64,000 nt of DNA from Candidatus Calditenuis fumarioli (GTDB taxonomy: Archaea > Thermoproteota > Nitrososphaeria_A > Caldarchaeales > Calditenuaceae): NCBI GenBank assembly GCA_030059665.1, contig JANVYR010000001.1, positions 224,001 through 288,000 on the forward strand, written 5' to 3'. Positions 46,901 to 57,530 of the stretch are shown in pieces. The translations under genes were made by a program, and so were the position numbers. Under the pieces are notes generated by a model. That model ran no database searches. It was given only the letters and a program-made list of their open reading frames with translations, and was not told the DNA's origin. How positions within the stretch are numbered: position 1 is the stretch's first letter; the number at the start of each line of letters is the position of its first letter.

Positions 46901-47800
46901 TCAGGTGGAGCCGGCGCCGGCCCGGGAGGCGACGAAGTAGATCCCTGTTATCACGAGGGCAGCACCGGCCACCAGCTCGGGCCTGGGGACCTCGTTCAGG
47001 AAGAGGGCCGCGAGGGTGGGTGCCACGACGGGCTCGAGGAGCGCAAGGGTCGCGGCCTGATGGGGCGTCAAGCCCTTCAGGGAGGAGAACTGCAGCGTGT
47101 GTCCCAGAGTAGTAGGAAGCAGCGCTTGCCCCAGCAGGGGCGCGAGCTCGGCGCTGTTCGGGAGCCTGATCAACTCCCCGGTGGCGGGCGAGGACGCGGC
47201 GATGGTCAGGGCCGCGGCGCCGTACACGAAGGGGAGGAGGGAGAGCGGGCTGCCTGTCCTCCTGACGGGTCTCGCGACGATGAGGTAGACGGCCCAGGTG
47301 AGAGCAGAGAGCAGGGCCACCGCGTCGCCCAGCAGGTTTCCGGGAGAGAAGGCGAGCTGGGATCCGGAGATCACCACTACGCCCGAGACGGCCAGGACCG
47401 TCCCGATCATCGCGGTCCCGTCGGGGACGTGCCTCCACAGGACGTACGAGAGCGCTAGGGCCCAGATCGGTGTGGTGTTGACCAGGACGGCCGCGTTCAG
47501 CACCGAGGTGAGCTTGACCGCTGTGGTGAAGAGGAGGACGTGAAGCCCGAGGAGGGCGCCCATCGCGACGAGCTTCGGCCACCCTACCCTGGAGGGGGAG
47601 GGAACGTCACGCCGGAGAAGCAGGTGACCTAAGGTCAGGAAGAGAGCTGAGAGCCCTAGTCGGTAGAGAGAGATCGAGGTCGCCGAGAGCTCGGGCATGA
47701 GCCGGATGAAGACCGCTGACGTCCCGAAGAAGGTCCCCGCGAGGGCCCCCTCCAGGAGGTGGACGTTGACTTTCAATCCTCCCTCCTCAGGAGACCACAC
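46901..47800 (-). CDS. DMT/EamA family transporter
   Basis: Ten TM helices; NTTPIW and LLEPVVA. Confidence 0.88.
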   Translation of the reverse strand: MWSPEEGGLKVNVHLLEGALAGTFFGTSAVFIRLMPELSATSISLYRLGLSALFLTLGHLLLRRDVPSPSRVGWPKLVAMGALLGLHVLLFTTAVKLTSVLNAAVLVNTTPIWALALSYVLWRHVPDGTAMIGTVLAVSGVVVISGSQLAFSPGNLLGDAVALLSALTWAVYLIVARPVRRTGSPLSLLPFVYGAAALTIAASSPATGELIRLPNSAELAPLLGQALLPTTLGHTLQFSSLKGLTPHQAATLALLEPVVAPTLAALFLNEVPRPELVAGAALVITGIYFVASRAGAGST

Positions 47801-48965
47801 CGGTCCCGTACGTGGTGGTGATCGGCCTGCCCCTGCTGAAGCGGTCGATCGAGAAGTGGTCCGGGTCGAAGAACTCCGGTCTCCTCCCGAGCGCCAGGTC
47901 CCTGACGGCCATTCCGATCGCCGGTGCGAGCTTGAAGCCGTGGCCGCTGAGGCCGAAGGCCCAGATCAAATTGCGCACCTCCGGGTCCCTGCAGATCACC
48001 GGGTGCCAGTCGGGCGTGACGTCGTAGAGCCCGGTCCAGCCCCTGACCAGATGCGGCGACCTCTCGAAGGCCGGGAACCTCCTGGATATCCGCTCGTGGT
48101 AGCTGAGGAAGGTCTCCCTCGAGACGGGCCTCCCTCCCTCATCGGGCGAGGCGATGGCGGTCGGAGGAGGCTCGATCGATCCGACGTAGGTCTCGGCATC
48201 TCCGTGGGGCCTCATGTAGAAGTCCAGTCCGAGGTCCGCGAAGACCGGGTGCTCGCCCCTGAAGTCCTCGGGCCTAGCGAAGACCCCTATCTCCTCCCTC
48301 AGCACCTTCATCGGTACATCCCTCCCGAAGGTCGAGGCGATCCGCTGGGTCCAGACGCCGGTGGCCAGGACGAGCGTCTCCGGCGCGTACTCTCCCCTCT
48401 CCGTGACCACCCTGCTAGCCTCGTTCCCCTCCACGACGACCTTGGTGACCCGCACGCCCTCGACTATCCTGGCTCCGTTCCCGGCAGCGGCCTTCGCGAA
48501 GGAGAGGGCGGTCTCAGTGGGCTCAGCGAAACCCGACCCGGGCTCGTAGGCGGCAGCGGCGATCCCGTCCACGTCAGCCTGTGGGATCAGGTCCTTCACC
48601 TCATCCGGAGAGATCGTCCAGGTCTCGACGCCGAGCGACCTTAGCATGCTCACGTTCCGCTCCAACCCCGCCCTGAGCCGCTCTGGAACGGCGAGGACGA
48701 ACCCGACCCGCCGGAAGCCGCAGCTCCCTCCCACCAGCTCCTCGAAGCGCTCGAAGACCCTGTAGCTGGTCAGGGCCATTCTGGCGACCTCAGGCGTGCT
48801 GTAGTGCAGCCTTATGATGGCAGTTGAGTACCCGGTCTGACCCGAACCTATCCTGTTGGCCTCGAGGAGCACGACGTCCCTCCCCACCTCGTTCGAGAGG
48901 TAGTAAGCGATCGCGGTTCCTGTAGATCCGCCGCCGACGACGAGGAATCGCACGCGCTCAACCAT
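47787..48965 (-). CDS. FAD-dependent oxidoreductase (sarcosine oxidase beta / DAO family)
   Basis: VVGGGSTG, TPDWHPVI and GLSGHGFKLAPA. Confidence 0.9.
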   Translation of the reverse strand: MVERVRFLVVGGGSTGTAIAYYLSNEVGRDVVLLEANRIGSGQTGYSTAIIRLHYSTPEVARMALTSYRVFERFEELVGGSCGFRRVGFVLAVPERLRAGLERNVSMLRSLGVETWTISPDEVKDLIPQADVDGIAAAAYEPGSGFAEPTETALSFAKAAAGNGARIVEGVRVTKVVVEGNEASRVVTERGEYAPETLVLATGVWTQRIASTFGRDVPMKVLREEIGVFARPEDFRGEHPVFADLGLDFYMRPHGDAETYVGSIEPPPTAIASPDEGGRPVSRETFLSYHERISRRFPAFERSPHLVRGWTGLYDVTPDWHPVICRDPEVRNLIWAFGLSGHGFKLAPAIGMAVRDLALGRRPEFFDPDHFSIDRFSRGRPITTTYGTGVVS

Positions 48966-49011
48966 CGCGATCCACCTGGGTGCGCTCGCTCTTATGAGTT
49001 GAACTGCGCCT

Positions 49012-50169
49012 TCAGGAGCTCGATCTGGACTTCACCGCCTCAACGATCCGCCTGATCCTAGCCCTCCCCAACGGGTACACTGGTTTCTCGGGAAGGATGC
49101 CCTGTGGCCTCGCGATCAATATCACGATCAGCACTATGCCCATCAGCAGGCGGTCGAGCCAGACGACGCTGAACGGCAGCACCGGCTCGAGCAGTCCCTT
49201 GTACTGGTCGATCAGAGCACGCGCGGTGACGTAAATCGAGGTGCCCAGCAGGACGCCGACCTCGTTCCCCGCACCCCCGAGGATCACCATCACCCACGGC
49301 AGGAAGGTCCATGTGGCCCTGTCGTAGGCCGTTGCGATCAAGCCTCCCGCGTAGAAGGCCCAGAGGGCGCCGCCGATCGCCGCTATCGCGGAGCTCACCA
49401 TCAGGACGTTCCTCCTGAGCGCTACCGTGTCCTTCCCCAGCACCTCGGCTGCAACCTCCTGGTCCCTCATCGCCCTTAGAGCCCTGCCCAGGGGCGACCT
49501 CGAGACGAGCCTGACGTAAAGGACGATGAGACCCGCGACGGCGGCGATTATCAGCGTGGCAGAGAGGAACCTGAACTCCCCTCCGACCCATCCGAAGGGG
49601 TCCACCACGCTGACGCCTAGCGTTCCGCCCACGATGTCCCTAGTGTAGTAACCGATCGCGGTGAGGAACTCGCCGAAGGCGAGGAGCGTCATGGCCAGGT
49701 AGTCCTCCCTCAGGCGAAGCGCAGGGTAAGAGGCCACGAGACCGAGGGCAGCGCCGACGGCGGCAGCCATCAGTAGCGTCATGAGGAGGATGCCGATGGA
49801 GAGCACGGGGTTAGCGTAAAGGACTTTGTTGATGCAGATGACGATTATCGAATTGTCCTCGATGTAATCCATCCGATCTAGGATCGTGGGCTTCTGGGGC
49901 GAGAGGCCCCTGATGCACTCAGCCACCACGGGGTCAGTTATTCCGGAGACACCTGAGTAAACGTTGAACAGGTAACCGAGGAGTCTGCCCGGGATGGAGC
50001 CGGCGACGAAGGCTCCTGCAGCGACGCTCAGCACCTTCCCGAAGTTGGGTATCCCCGACTTGCCGTACTCGAGGTCGAGCGAGAGGTTGACGATGAGGTA
50101 GATCGCTAGGTATGCGAGCAGGTACGTCAGGAAAACGTACGCGGACCTTAGGGCCTCTTCGTCGATCAA
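49012..50169 (-). CDS. livM: Branched-chain amino acid ABC permease
   Basis: GIPNFG, LRLREDYLA, SPLGRALRAMRD and ILGGAG. Confidence 0.88.
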   Translation of the reverse strand: MIDEEALRSAYVFLTYLLAYLAIYLIVNLSLDLEYGKSGIPNFGKVLSVAAGAFVAGSIPGRLLGYLFNVYSGVSGITDPVVAECIRGLSPQKPTILDRMDYIEDNSIIVICINKVLYANPVLSIGILLMTLLMAAAVGAALGLVASYPALRLREDYLAMTLLAFGEFLTAIGYYTRDIVGGTLGVSVVDPFGWVGGEFRFLSATLIIAAVAGLIVLYVRLVSRSPLGRALRAMRDQEVAAEVLGKDTVALRRNVLMVSSAIAAIGGALWAFYAGGLIATAYDRATWTFLPWVMVILGGAGNEVGVLLGTSIYVTARALIDQYKGLLEPVLPFSVVWLDRLLMGIVLIVILIARPQGILPEKPVYPLGRARIRRIVEAVKSRSSS

Positions 50170-51110
50170 GCCCCCTTCCCACCTCCTTTCCTGAGACGTG
50201 CGGTTATGCCGGATAGCTGGAGGCCAGAGAGGCCCTTAGGGAAGACGAGCAGCGTGACCGCCATGATGAGGAGCGGGAAGACGATCCTGTACGGGAGGAT
50301 CCAGCCGCCGACGGCCCTGGAGAGCTGGAATATCCCGTAGATTTCGACGAGGCCGATCGTGAAGCCACCCAAGACGGCGCCGTAGATGCTTGATAGGCCT
50401 CCGAGGATGCTCGATGCGAAGATGCTCACCAGCATCCTCGATCCGAATGCGGGGTCCTGCTGGTAGTGGAGTCCGAGGAGGACGCCCGATACCCCGGCCA
50501 GACCACCTGCCAGGAACCAGGAGAAGAGGTAGACGAGCTTCACGTTGACGCCGAGCGTCCCAGCAAGCATCGGGTTCTCGATGGCCGCCCTCATCGCCAC
50601 GCCGAAGCGGGTCCTGTGGAGCAGCAGCACGAGCGCTGTGAGTGTCACCGCAACGAAGGCGATCGAGGCCAGGAAGACTCCGGGGCCTATTCCCTCGATC
50701 TGGACGTCGAACCTCCTCAACAGGACGTCCCTCGACTGCACCCTGAAGGTCTGCGTGATCAGGTCGGCGTAGATGTTGAGCGCCGCTATCAAAACGAGCT
50801 CGAAGGCTATCGTCGCTATCATCTGGTGGAGCAGTCCGGCTCCCCTGTTGATGAGGGGCCTGAGCGCGAGAAGGTAGAAGGCGGCGGAGACGGCACCGGA
50901 AATCAGGAAGGCCGCTGGTATCGAGTAGTACGCATTCAGCTTCAGCACCGAGGCGAAGGTCAACAGCGTGTATGACCCGACGGTGGCTAAGCTCCCGTGG
51001 GCGAAGTTGGGCACCTTCGTCGTCATGTAGGTGAGCGTCAGCCCAAGACTCAGCATCGACAGCGTGCTCGCGTAGATCACGGCGTCCCTCACTAGCGGGT
51101 CAACTGCCAC
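50166..51110 (-). CDS. livH: Branched-chain amino acid ABC permease
   Basis: VPNFAHG, TRFGVAMRA and ILGGL. Likely start is GTG 51110. Confidence 0.88.
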   Translation of the reverse strand: MAVDPLVRDAVIYASTLSMLSLGLTLTYMTTKVPNFAHGSLATVGSYTLLTFASVLKLNAYYSIPAAFLISGAVSAAFYLLALRPLINRGAGLLHQMIATIAFELVLIAALNIYADLITQTFRVQSRDVLLRRFDVQIEGIGPGVFLASIAFVAVTLTALVLLLHRTRFGVAMRAAIENPMLAGTLGVNVKLVYLFSWFLAGGLAGVSGVLLGLHYQQDPAFGSRMLVSIFASSILGGLSSIYGAVLGGFTIGLVEIYGIFQLSRAVGGWILPYRIVFPLLIMAVTLLVFPKGLSGLQLSGITARLRKGGGKGA

Positions 51111-51222
51111 GTGCCACCGTGTCCCAGATCGGGTATAAAGCTGATCCGCCCAGGTGTGTTCACGGCCATAAGGATGAATTCCCGAACTGCTTAAATGTAG
51201 GCTCTTGACAAGTTCATCTGCA

Positions 51223-52557
51223 ATGAAAGCCGCGGAGAAAGGGCTCGGAATCTCGACGGCTGCCGCCGCCGGACTCGCGGTGGTTCTGCTGGTGGTTGGG
51301 CTTGCGATCGGAGCGTTCGCGATCGGTCCAGCCGTCTCACCTGCGAGGGTGGAGACCGTAAGGGTGACCGAGAGGGTTACAGTTACGGCTGCAGGCCTTC
51401 CAAGCGAGGTGACGATAGGTGCTTTGCTGCCTCTCACGGGAGACCTGGCCTCCTACGGCGAGAACAGCAGGGCAGCGCTGGAGCTGGCCCTCTCCGAGAT
51501 CAACGACTACCTGAAGAGGATAGGAGCAGGATTCACCATCAAGCTCGTCATCGAGGACACCGAGACCAAGCCCGAGACCGCTGACGCGAAGCTGAAGAGC
51601 CTCCATGCCAGGGGCATCACGCTGATAGTCGGCCCCCAGACGAGCGGCGAGGTCAGGCGTATCAAAGGATATGCCGACTCGAACAAGATCCTGTTGGTCA
51701 GCCAGTCCTCTACGGCCCCCGACCTGGCGATACCCGACGACTTCGTCCTGAGGTTCTGCCCCGACGACACCATACAGGGACCGATAGGACCGAGGCTGGC
51801 TAAGGAGCTAGGAGCGACGCACATCATCTACGTCTGGAGGGGAGACGCCTGGGGTGACGGTCTATACAGGACGTCCAGCGATGAGGCCAAGAAACTCGGT
51901 CTGACCATCGCGGGTGAGATCAGATATGCCCCTGAGAAGAAGGAGTTCTCCGCGGAGGCTGCCACACTCGCCGACACGGTGAAGAAGTTGATCAACCAGG
52001 GAGTCGACCCTAAGAAGATCTTCATCGAGTACGTTGCCTTCGGAGAGGCGGTTGCCTTCATGAGCGCCGCAGCCGACTACCCCGAGCTAGCCCAGGTCAG
52101 GTGGTTCGGAAGCGACGGGACCGCACAGCTAGCGGAGGTCCTTCAGGACCCGAAGATATCGGCTTTCGTGGCCAACGTGAAGTGGGTCAACCCGCTCTTC
52201 GCACCGGCCGAGAACGAGAAGAAGCAGAAGGTGATGAACTACGTCAAGCAGAAGCTCGGAAGGGAGCCTGACGCCTACGCCTACGCCGCATACGACATAC
52301 TGTGGGTGTACGCCCTGACGATTCTGCAGGTGCAGAAGGTCGATGCCGACCTGATCAGGAAGGCGATGCCCGAGGTGGCCAGGAGCTACTACGGTGCGAT
52401 AGGGCGGGTCGTGCTCAACGCAGCGGGAGATCTGGCAGGCGCCGACTACGACCTGTGGGTCGTCCAGAAGGCCGGTGACAAGTACCAGTGGGTAAAGGCA
52501 GGAGTCTACAGCTTCACGACGGGTGCCTTCAGCTGGACGCCAGGCTTCTCGCTGTAG
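51223..52557 (+). CDS. livK: Branched-chain amino acid ABC substrate-binding protein
   Basis: N-terminal TM helix, IGALLPLTG, IEDTETKP and AYAAYD. Divergent from the permeases. Confidence 0.88.
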   Translation: MKAAEKGLGISTAAAAGLAVVLLVVGLAIGAFAIGPAVSPARVETVRVTERVTVTAAGLPSEVTIGALLPLTGDLASYGENSRAALELALSEINDYLKRIGAGFTIKLVIEDTETKPETADAKLKSLHARGITLIVGPQTSGEVRRIKGYADSNKILLVSQSSTAPDLAIPDDFVLRFCPDDTIQGPIGPRLAKELGATHIIYVWRGDAWGDGLYRTSSDEAKKLGLTIAGEIRYAPEKKEFSAEAATLADTVKKLINQGVDPKKIFIEYVAFGEAVAFMSAAADYPELAQVRWFGSDGTAQLAEVLQDPKISAFVANVKWVNPLFAPAENEKKQKVMNYVKQKLGREPDAYAYAAYDILWVYALTILQVQKVDADLIRKAMPEVARSYYGAIGRVVLNAAGDLAGADYDLWVVQKAGDKYQWVKAGVYSFTTGAFSWTPGFSL

Positions 52558-52635
52558 AGCACCTGAACGGTTGACGTTTTTATCTCGTTCCATTCACCCT
52601 TATATCAGTAGCCAGAACCCGGAGGGGAAGCGGCG

Positions 52636-53400
52636 ATGACCGGCCTCGGGATAACGGTGAGGGGGGTCGTCAAGACCTTCGGGGGACTGAGGGCTCTGGA
52701 CGGGGTGGACATGGAGGTGAGGCCTTCCTCGATCTCGCTGCTGATAGGGCCGAACGGTTCCGGCAAGACCACGCTGATCAACGTCATCTCGGGCGTGCTG
52801 AAGCCCGATGCCGGAAAGATCTTGCTCGACGGAAAGGACATCACAGGCAGGCCTCCCCACGAGATCTACAGGCTCGGAGTCCTCAGGACATGGCAGATAC
52901 CGCAACCCTTCCTCAGGCTCAGCGTCCTGGAGAACGTGATGGTCGCCGACGGCACCAATCCCGGAGAGGGTTTCATCGCGTCGGTGCTCGGCAGGCGGCG
53001 GTGGATCAGGTACGAGGAGGAGCTGGTCGAGAGGGCGTTCAGGATACTGGAGCTGGTTAGGCTGGACCACCTCTGGGACTCGGAGGCCTACAAGCTCAGC
53101 GGAGGACAGATGAAGCTGCTCGAGGTCGCTCGTGCCCTGATGAGCGGAGCGAGGGTCCTACTGCTCGACGAGCCGGCGGCCGGAGTCAACCCAGCCCTCG
53201 CAGAAGAGCTCTTCGCGAACCTCGTCAGGGTCAGGGACAGGCTCGGTGTGACCTTCCTGATCGTGGAGCACAGGCTGGAGCTGGCGATGAAGTACACGGA
53301 GCACTGCTATGCGATGTTCAACGGAAAGGTGATCGCGGAGGGGAAGCCGGTTGAGGTTCTGGAGAACGCTAAGGTGATCGAGGCTTACCTGGGTGGTTGA
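52636..53400 (+). CDS. livG: Branched-chain amino acid ABC ATPase
   Basis: GPNGSGKTT, LSGGQ, LLDEPAAG and VEH. Confidence 0.92.
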   Translation: MTGLGITVRGVVKTFGGLRALDGVDMEVRPSSISLLIGPNGSGKTTLINVISGVLKPDAGKILLDGKDITGRPPHEIYRLGVLRTWQIPQPFLRLSVLENVMVADGTNPGEGFIASVLGRRRWIRYEEELVERAFRILELVRLDHLWDSEAYKLSGGQMKLLEVARALMSGARVLLLDEPAAGVNPALAEELFANLVRVRDRLGVTFLIVEHRLELAMKYTEHCYAMFNGKVIAEGKPVEVLENAKVIEAYLGG

Positions 53401-54112
53401 CGTGATAGCCATCAGCGACCTCGAGGCCGGATACGGGCCCCTCCACGTGCTCTTCGGGATCACGACCTCTTACCAGAGGGAGGCCATAACAGCGATCGTG
53501 GGGCCCAACGGCTCGGGGAAGTCCACGCTGCTTAAGACGATCTTCGGGCTGACGAAGGTCTTCAGGGGTCAGATAACCTTCGACGGCAGGGACATCACCG
53601 GGAGGCCTCCCCACCAGATCTCGAGGCTCGGCATCGCGTACCTCCCACAGACCGACAACGTCTTCGCGAACCTCACGGTCAGGGAGAACATCGCCATGGC
53701 CACGTACGGCATGCGGAAGGAGGAGGCTGCGGAGAGGGTTGAGGAGGTCAAGTCCTTCCTGCCGGTGATCGAACGGTACTGGAACAGGAAGGCCGGATCC
53801 CTCAGCGGCGGCGAGCGGCAGATGGTCGCGATGGGGATGGCGCTGATCAGGAGGCCGAAGGTGATGCTCTTCGATGAGCCCACGGCCAACCTCTCGCCGA
53901 AGTTCGCGAAGATCGTGCTCGAGCAGATAGTGAGGCTGAGGGACGACCTCAGGATCACGGTGCTCCTGGTGGAGCAGAACGCCCTAAGGGCTCTGGAGCA
54001 CGGCGACAGGGCCCAGCTCCTCGTCAGCGGCCAGCTGGTCTACGACGGCCCCGCCCGAGACCTCCTGGAGAACAGGGAGCTCGGCAGGCTTTACCTGGGC
54101 CTCAGGTCCTGA
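53393..54112 (+). CDS. livF: Branched-chain amino acid ABC ATPase
   Basis: GPNGSGKST, LSGGERQM, FDEPTA and LLVEQN. Confidence 0.92.
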   Translation: MVDVIAISDLEAGYGPLHVLFGITTSYQREAITAIVGPNGSGKSTLLKTIFGLTKVFRGQITFDGRDITGRPPHQISRLGIAYLPQTDNVFANLTVRENIAMATYGMRKEEAAERVEEVKSFLPVIERYWNRKAGSLSGGERQMVAMGMALIRRPKVMLFDEPTANLSPKFAKIVLEQIVRLRDDLRITVLLVEQNALRALEHGDRAQLLVSGQLVYDGPARDLLENRELGRLYLGLRS

Positions 54113-54160
54113 ACCGAGTGGTCGTGTCAGGTTCATATCCCGTTTCCTCGCGGAAGAGCC

Positions 54161-54634
54161 GTGACCGTCAAGGTCGGAGATAGGGCACCTGACTTCGAGC
54201 TCCTGGACCAGGACAGGAAGCCGAGGAGGTTGAGCGAGTTCAAGGGGAAGAAGGTCGTGCTGGCGTTCTTCCCGGGAGCCTTCACGTCCGTCTGCACGAA
54301 GGAGATGTGCACCTTCAGGGACGGAATGGCCGAGTTCAACAAGCTCGACGCCACGGTCATCGGGATATCCGTCAACGACCCCTTCACGCTGAAGGCCTTC
54401 GCTGAGCAGAACAAGCTGAACTTCGTCCTGCTGTCCGATTACACCAGGGAGGTCTCCCGGAAGTACGGCGGCGTCCACGAGGACTTCATCGGCATGAAGG
54501 GTTACTCGGTAGCCAAGAGGGCCGTCTTCGTCCTCGACAGGGACCAGGTGGTCCGCTACGCGTGGGTCTCAGAGGACCCGACCAAGGAGCCGAACTACGA
54601 GGAGATCAAGAAGGTTCTGGCGCAGATATCGTGA
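54161..54634 (+). CDS. bcp: Peroxiredoxin (BCP/PrxQ type)
   Basis: FFPGAFTSVCTKEMC with peroxidatic and resolving Cys. Confidence 0.9.
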   Translation: MTVKVGDRAPDFELLDQDRKPRRLSEFKGKKVVLAFFPGAFTSVCTKEMCTFRDGMAEFNKLDATVIGISVNDPFTLKAFAEQNKLNFVLLSDYTREVSRKYGGVHEDFIGMKGYSVAKRAVFVLDRDQVVRYAWVSEDPTKEPNYEEIKKVLAQIS

Positions 54635-54683
54635 TCCGCAACCGGTCTTCCTGTCCCACTTTTTCGCGCGTTCAGCCCGTTTT

Positions 54684-55256
54684 TCAGGGCGGTTCCGGCG
54701 TGGACTCCCTGAGCCTCCTGGCAGCGACTTCAGCGGCCTCCTTCAGGATCTTCCTCACCTCCTCCTCGTCCGGCTCTATCGGAGGCATGTACATGCTCGG
54801 GACGGTGCCGATCTCGAACGAAAGGTCCTCCAGCTGCTCCTGGACCGACTGGAGCTGATGACCTATCTCGGGCGCTACGCCCCTGATCGAGGGGGCCACC
54901 GACGATATGAGGGACCTTATCGGACCGATGAACTTCCTGAACTCGTCTATGTCCCTGATGGTCTCCAGCTTGTTCACCACCGCCTCGATCATCAGCTGGT
55001 TCCTGATGGCCGCGTTCAGCATCGACCTGAGCTGCCTGAGCTCGTTCGCGTAGATCACGGCCCTCTCCTCGTCGCCCTCCAGCTTCGCGGCCACCACCTG
55101 CTCGAAGAGCAGCTTCGAACGGTTCGTCATCTCCCTCACGCGCCTCTCCATCCTGTCCCTTACTATCGAGAGGCCCACGGTGACCCTCTCGATCTTCTCC
55201 TCCCTGCTCTTCCTGAGCTTGAATCCCATCCGGAACAGCCGCATGCCATGCGACAT
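54684..55256 (-). CDS. ESCRT-III (Snf7/CdvB-paralog) protein
   Basis: AVIYANEL, IEAVVNKLET, APEI and EVRKILKEA...PEPP helical pattern typical of archaeal CdvB proteins. No C-terminal extension. Confidence 0.78.
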   Translation of the reverse strand: MSHGMRLFRMGFKLRKSREEKIERVTVGLSIVRDRMERRVREMTNRSKLLFEQVVAAKLEGDEERAVIYANELRQLRSMLNAAIRNQLMIEAVVNKLETIRDIDEFRKFIGPIRSLISSVAPSIRGVAPEIGHQLQSVQEQLEDLSFEIGTVPSMYMPPIEPDEEEVRKILKEAAEVAARRLRESTPEPP

Positions 55257-55404
55257 AATACCGATGAACGCCCTGCTCTACGCTGCAATACGCCGGTACG
55301 ACGCCGCGAGGTCTGGCGTCATCACGGCGGACTCCGTGCCCTTCGGCGTAAACCGATTCCCTCCGGCAAAATTATTTCAAGCGCTGGACCACGGTATCGG
55401 CGGA

Positions 55405-56745
55405 TTGGCGTCGGCCGAGGACTATTACGAGCTGGCCGTTCAGCTTTCGCGCTTCTACGGAGGCAAGATCGAGACGGTCCCGAAGGTTCCGGTCAGGTCG
55501 CTCAAGGACTTCGCGATCTGGTACACTCCGGGCGTTGCGGCGGTCTCGAGGGCTATCGCGCGGGACAAGGACGAGTCCTTCAACCTGACCAACAGGTGGA
55601 ACACGATCGCGGTCATCACCAACGGAAGCAGGGTCCTGGGGCTCGGCGACATAGGACCGGAGGCTTCTCTCCCGGTCATGGAGGGGAAGGCGCTGATCTT
55701 CAAGTACCTCGGAGGTGTGGACGCGGTACCTCTTCCGATAAGGGCCAGCACGCCGGAGAAGTTCGTGGAGATCGCTGAGGCCCTCGAGCCGGCTTTCGGG
55801 GGCTTCAACCTGGAGGACATCAGCTCGCCCGAGTGCTTCCAGATCCTCGAGGAGCTCTCGAGGAGGCTGGAGGTTCCTGTCTGGCACGACGACCAGCTGG
55901 GCACGGCGGCCTCGACGCTCGCGGCGCTGATCAACGCCCTCAAGGTCACCGGCAGGACGGTCCGGGGAACGAGGGTCGTGCTGCTGGGGGCTGGTGCAGC
56001 GAACATAGCCACCGCCATAATGCTGGAGAAGTACGGCTTCGACCCCGGTGACATGATACTGGTCGACACGAAGGGCGTCCTCCATCCGGAGAGGGAGGAC
56101 ATGGACTCGTTGATGCTGAGGCACAGGTGGAAGTACGAGCTCGCGATAAGGACCAACAGGTCCAGAGTTAAGGGAGGGCTGGAGGAAGCTCTGGTAGATG
56201 CGGACGTTCTGATAGCAGCCTCGCGCCCGGGTCCAGGAGTGATCAAGCCCGAGCACATCAGGCTCATGGCCCGGGACCCGATCGTCTTCGCCCTCGCCAA
56301 CCCGGTTCCGGAGATTTGGCCGTGGGAAGCCAAGCAGGCGGGGGCCGCGGTGGTCGCGACGGGGAGGAGCGACTTCCCCAACCAGGTCAACAACAGCCTC
56401 GTCTTCCCGTCGGTCTTCAGGGGCGCGCTGGACGTCAGGTCGAAAGGGATCACCTACGAGTCCGCCATAGCGGCGGCCGTCGAGCTGGCGAGGTTCGCGG
56501 AGGAGAAGGGGATATCGCCGGACTACATCATACCCACGATGGAGGAGTGGGAGGTCTATCCGAGGGTGGCAGCGGCGGTGGCGGACTGGCTCTCCCGCAA
56601 CGGCTTCGCGAGGAGGCCGACGACGTACGAGGAGGAGGTCGAGAGGGCCAAGAACATCATCGGACGTGCGAGGAGGGTGCTGGAGGAGATGGTCAGGACC
56701 GAGCTCGTCAGGCCGATACCTACGTCAGGTCGACAGCCCGTCTGA
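55405..56745 (+). CDS. NAD(P)-dependent malic enzyme
   Basis: YTPGVA, VLGLGDIG, PVMEGK, NLEDI, HDDQLGT, GAGAA and GRSDFPNQVNN. Start near TTG 55405 is inferred. Confidence 0.92.
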   Translation: MASAEDYYELAVQLSRFYGGKIETVPKVPVRSLKDFAIWYTPGVAAVSRAIARDKDESFNLTNRWNTIAVITNGSRVLGLGDIGPEASLPVMEGKALIFKYLGGVDAVPLPIRASTPEKFVEIAEALEPAFGGFNLEDISSPECFQILEELSRRLEVPVWHDDQLGTAASTLAALINALKVTGRTVRGTRVVLLGAGAANIATAIMLEKYGFDPGDMILVDTKGVLHPEREDMDSLMLRHRWKYELAIRTNRSRVKGGLEEALVDADVLIAASRPGPGVIKPEHIRLMARDPIVFALANPVPEIWPWEAKQAGAAVVATGRSDFPNQVNNSLVFPSVFRGALDVRSKGITYESAIAAAVELARFAEEKGISPDYIIPTMEEWEVYPRVAAAVADWLSRNGFARRPTTYEEEVERAKNIIGRARRVLEEMVRTELVRPIPTSGRQPV

Positions 56746-57517
56746 CTTCGCCCTCCAACTCAAGACCAGCGGGCGATATGCCGTAGTGCCTGCACGAGAA
56801 GACCGTGTAGGCCAGCCCTCCGAAGTGCTCGGCCACCCCGCTCTCCACGGGCTCGTGGGCCCTGATCAGGCACTTGAGGCCGGAGTTGCTGAGGAACTGC
56901 CTCGTGGCCGAGCGGCCGTACCTGTATATCCCGGGGCCCCTCCAGCTGGGACCGAACCACTCTATCGACTCGTCGGGGTCGTTCCACAGCAACTGGATCA
57001 CGCTGTCGTCCTCCAGGTCCTCTCCCTGCTTCCTCAGTGGCATCAGCTCCCTCAGCGACGTCGGGCCCATGGGGATGCCTCCGTGGACGAGGAAGAAGGA
57101 GTCGTTGAGCACCGCAGCGATCGGCAGCTCAGCGTAGAGCGACCCGACCAGGCCGAACGCGCCGTGACCGAAGCGCCTGACCACGACCTCGTGGAAGCCG
57201 TAGTGGTAGTTCATCTGCGACGTCTCGTGGTTCCCCCTCAGCGTGATGACCCTCTCCGGGTTCTCCGCCTTCGCTCTGAGCAGGTCCACGAAGACCTCCA
57301 GCTGCTCCGGTCCCCTGTCGACGTAATCCCCCAAGAAGACGATCAGGTCGTAGTCCCGCAGGCGACTCAGGGCCGAGACGAGCGAGCGGTGGTCGCCGTG
57401 AAGGTCTCCGACTACGAGGACCCTCTTCCCCTCCAGTTTGAGCAGGGCCTCCTCGCGCCTCAGGACCTCCGCCGCCGCCTCAATGGCCTCCCTGAACTCC
57501 CTGAAGGAGGGCATCAA
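56720..57517 (-). CDS. PPP-family Ser/Thr protein phosphatase
   Basis: GDLHG, GDYVDRG, LRGNHE, HGG, RAHE and TVFS. Confidence 0.9.
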   Translation of the reverse strand: MMPSFREFREAIEAAAEVLRREEALLKLEGKRVLVVGDLHGDHRSLVSALSRLRDYDLIVFLGDYVDRGPEQLEVFVDLLRAKAENPERVITLRGNHETSQMNYHYGFHEVVVRRFGHGAFGLVGSLYAELPIAAVLNDSFFLVHGGIPMGPTSLRELMPLRKQGEDLEDDSVIQLLWNDPDESIEWFGPSWRGPGIYRYGRSATRQFLSNSGLKCLIRAHEPVESGVAEHFGGLAYTVFSCRHYGISPAGLELEGEVRRAVDLT

Positions 57518-57530
57518 CCCGCAGACTCTC

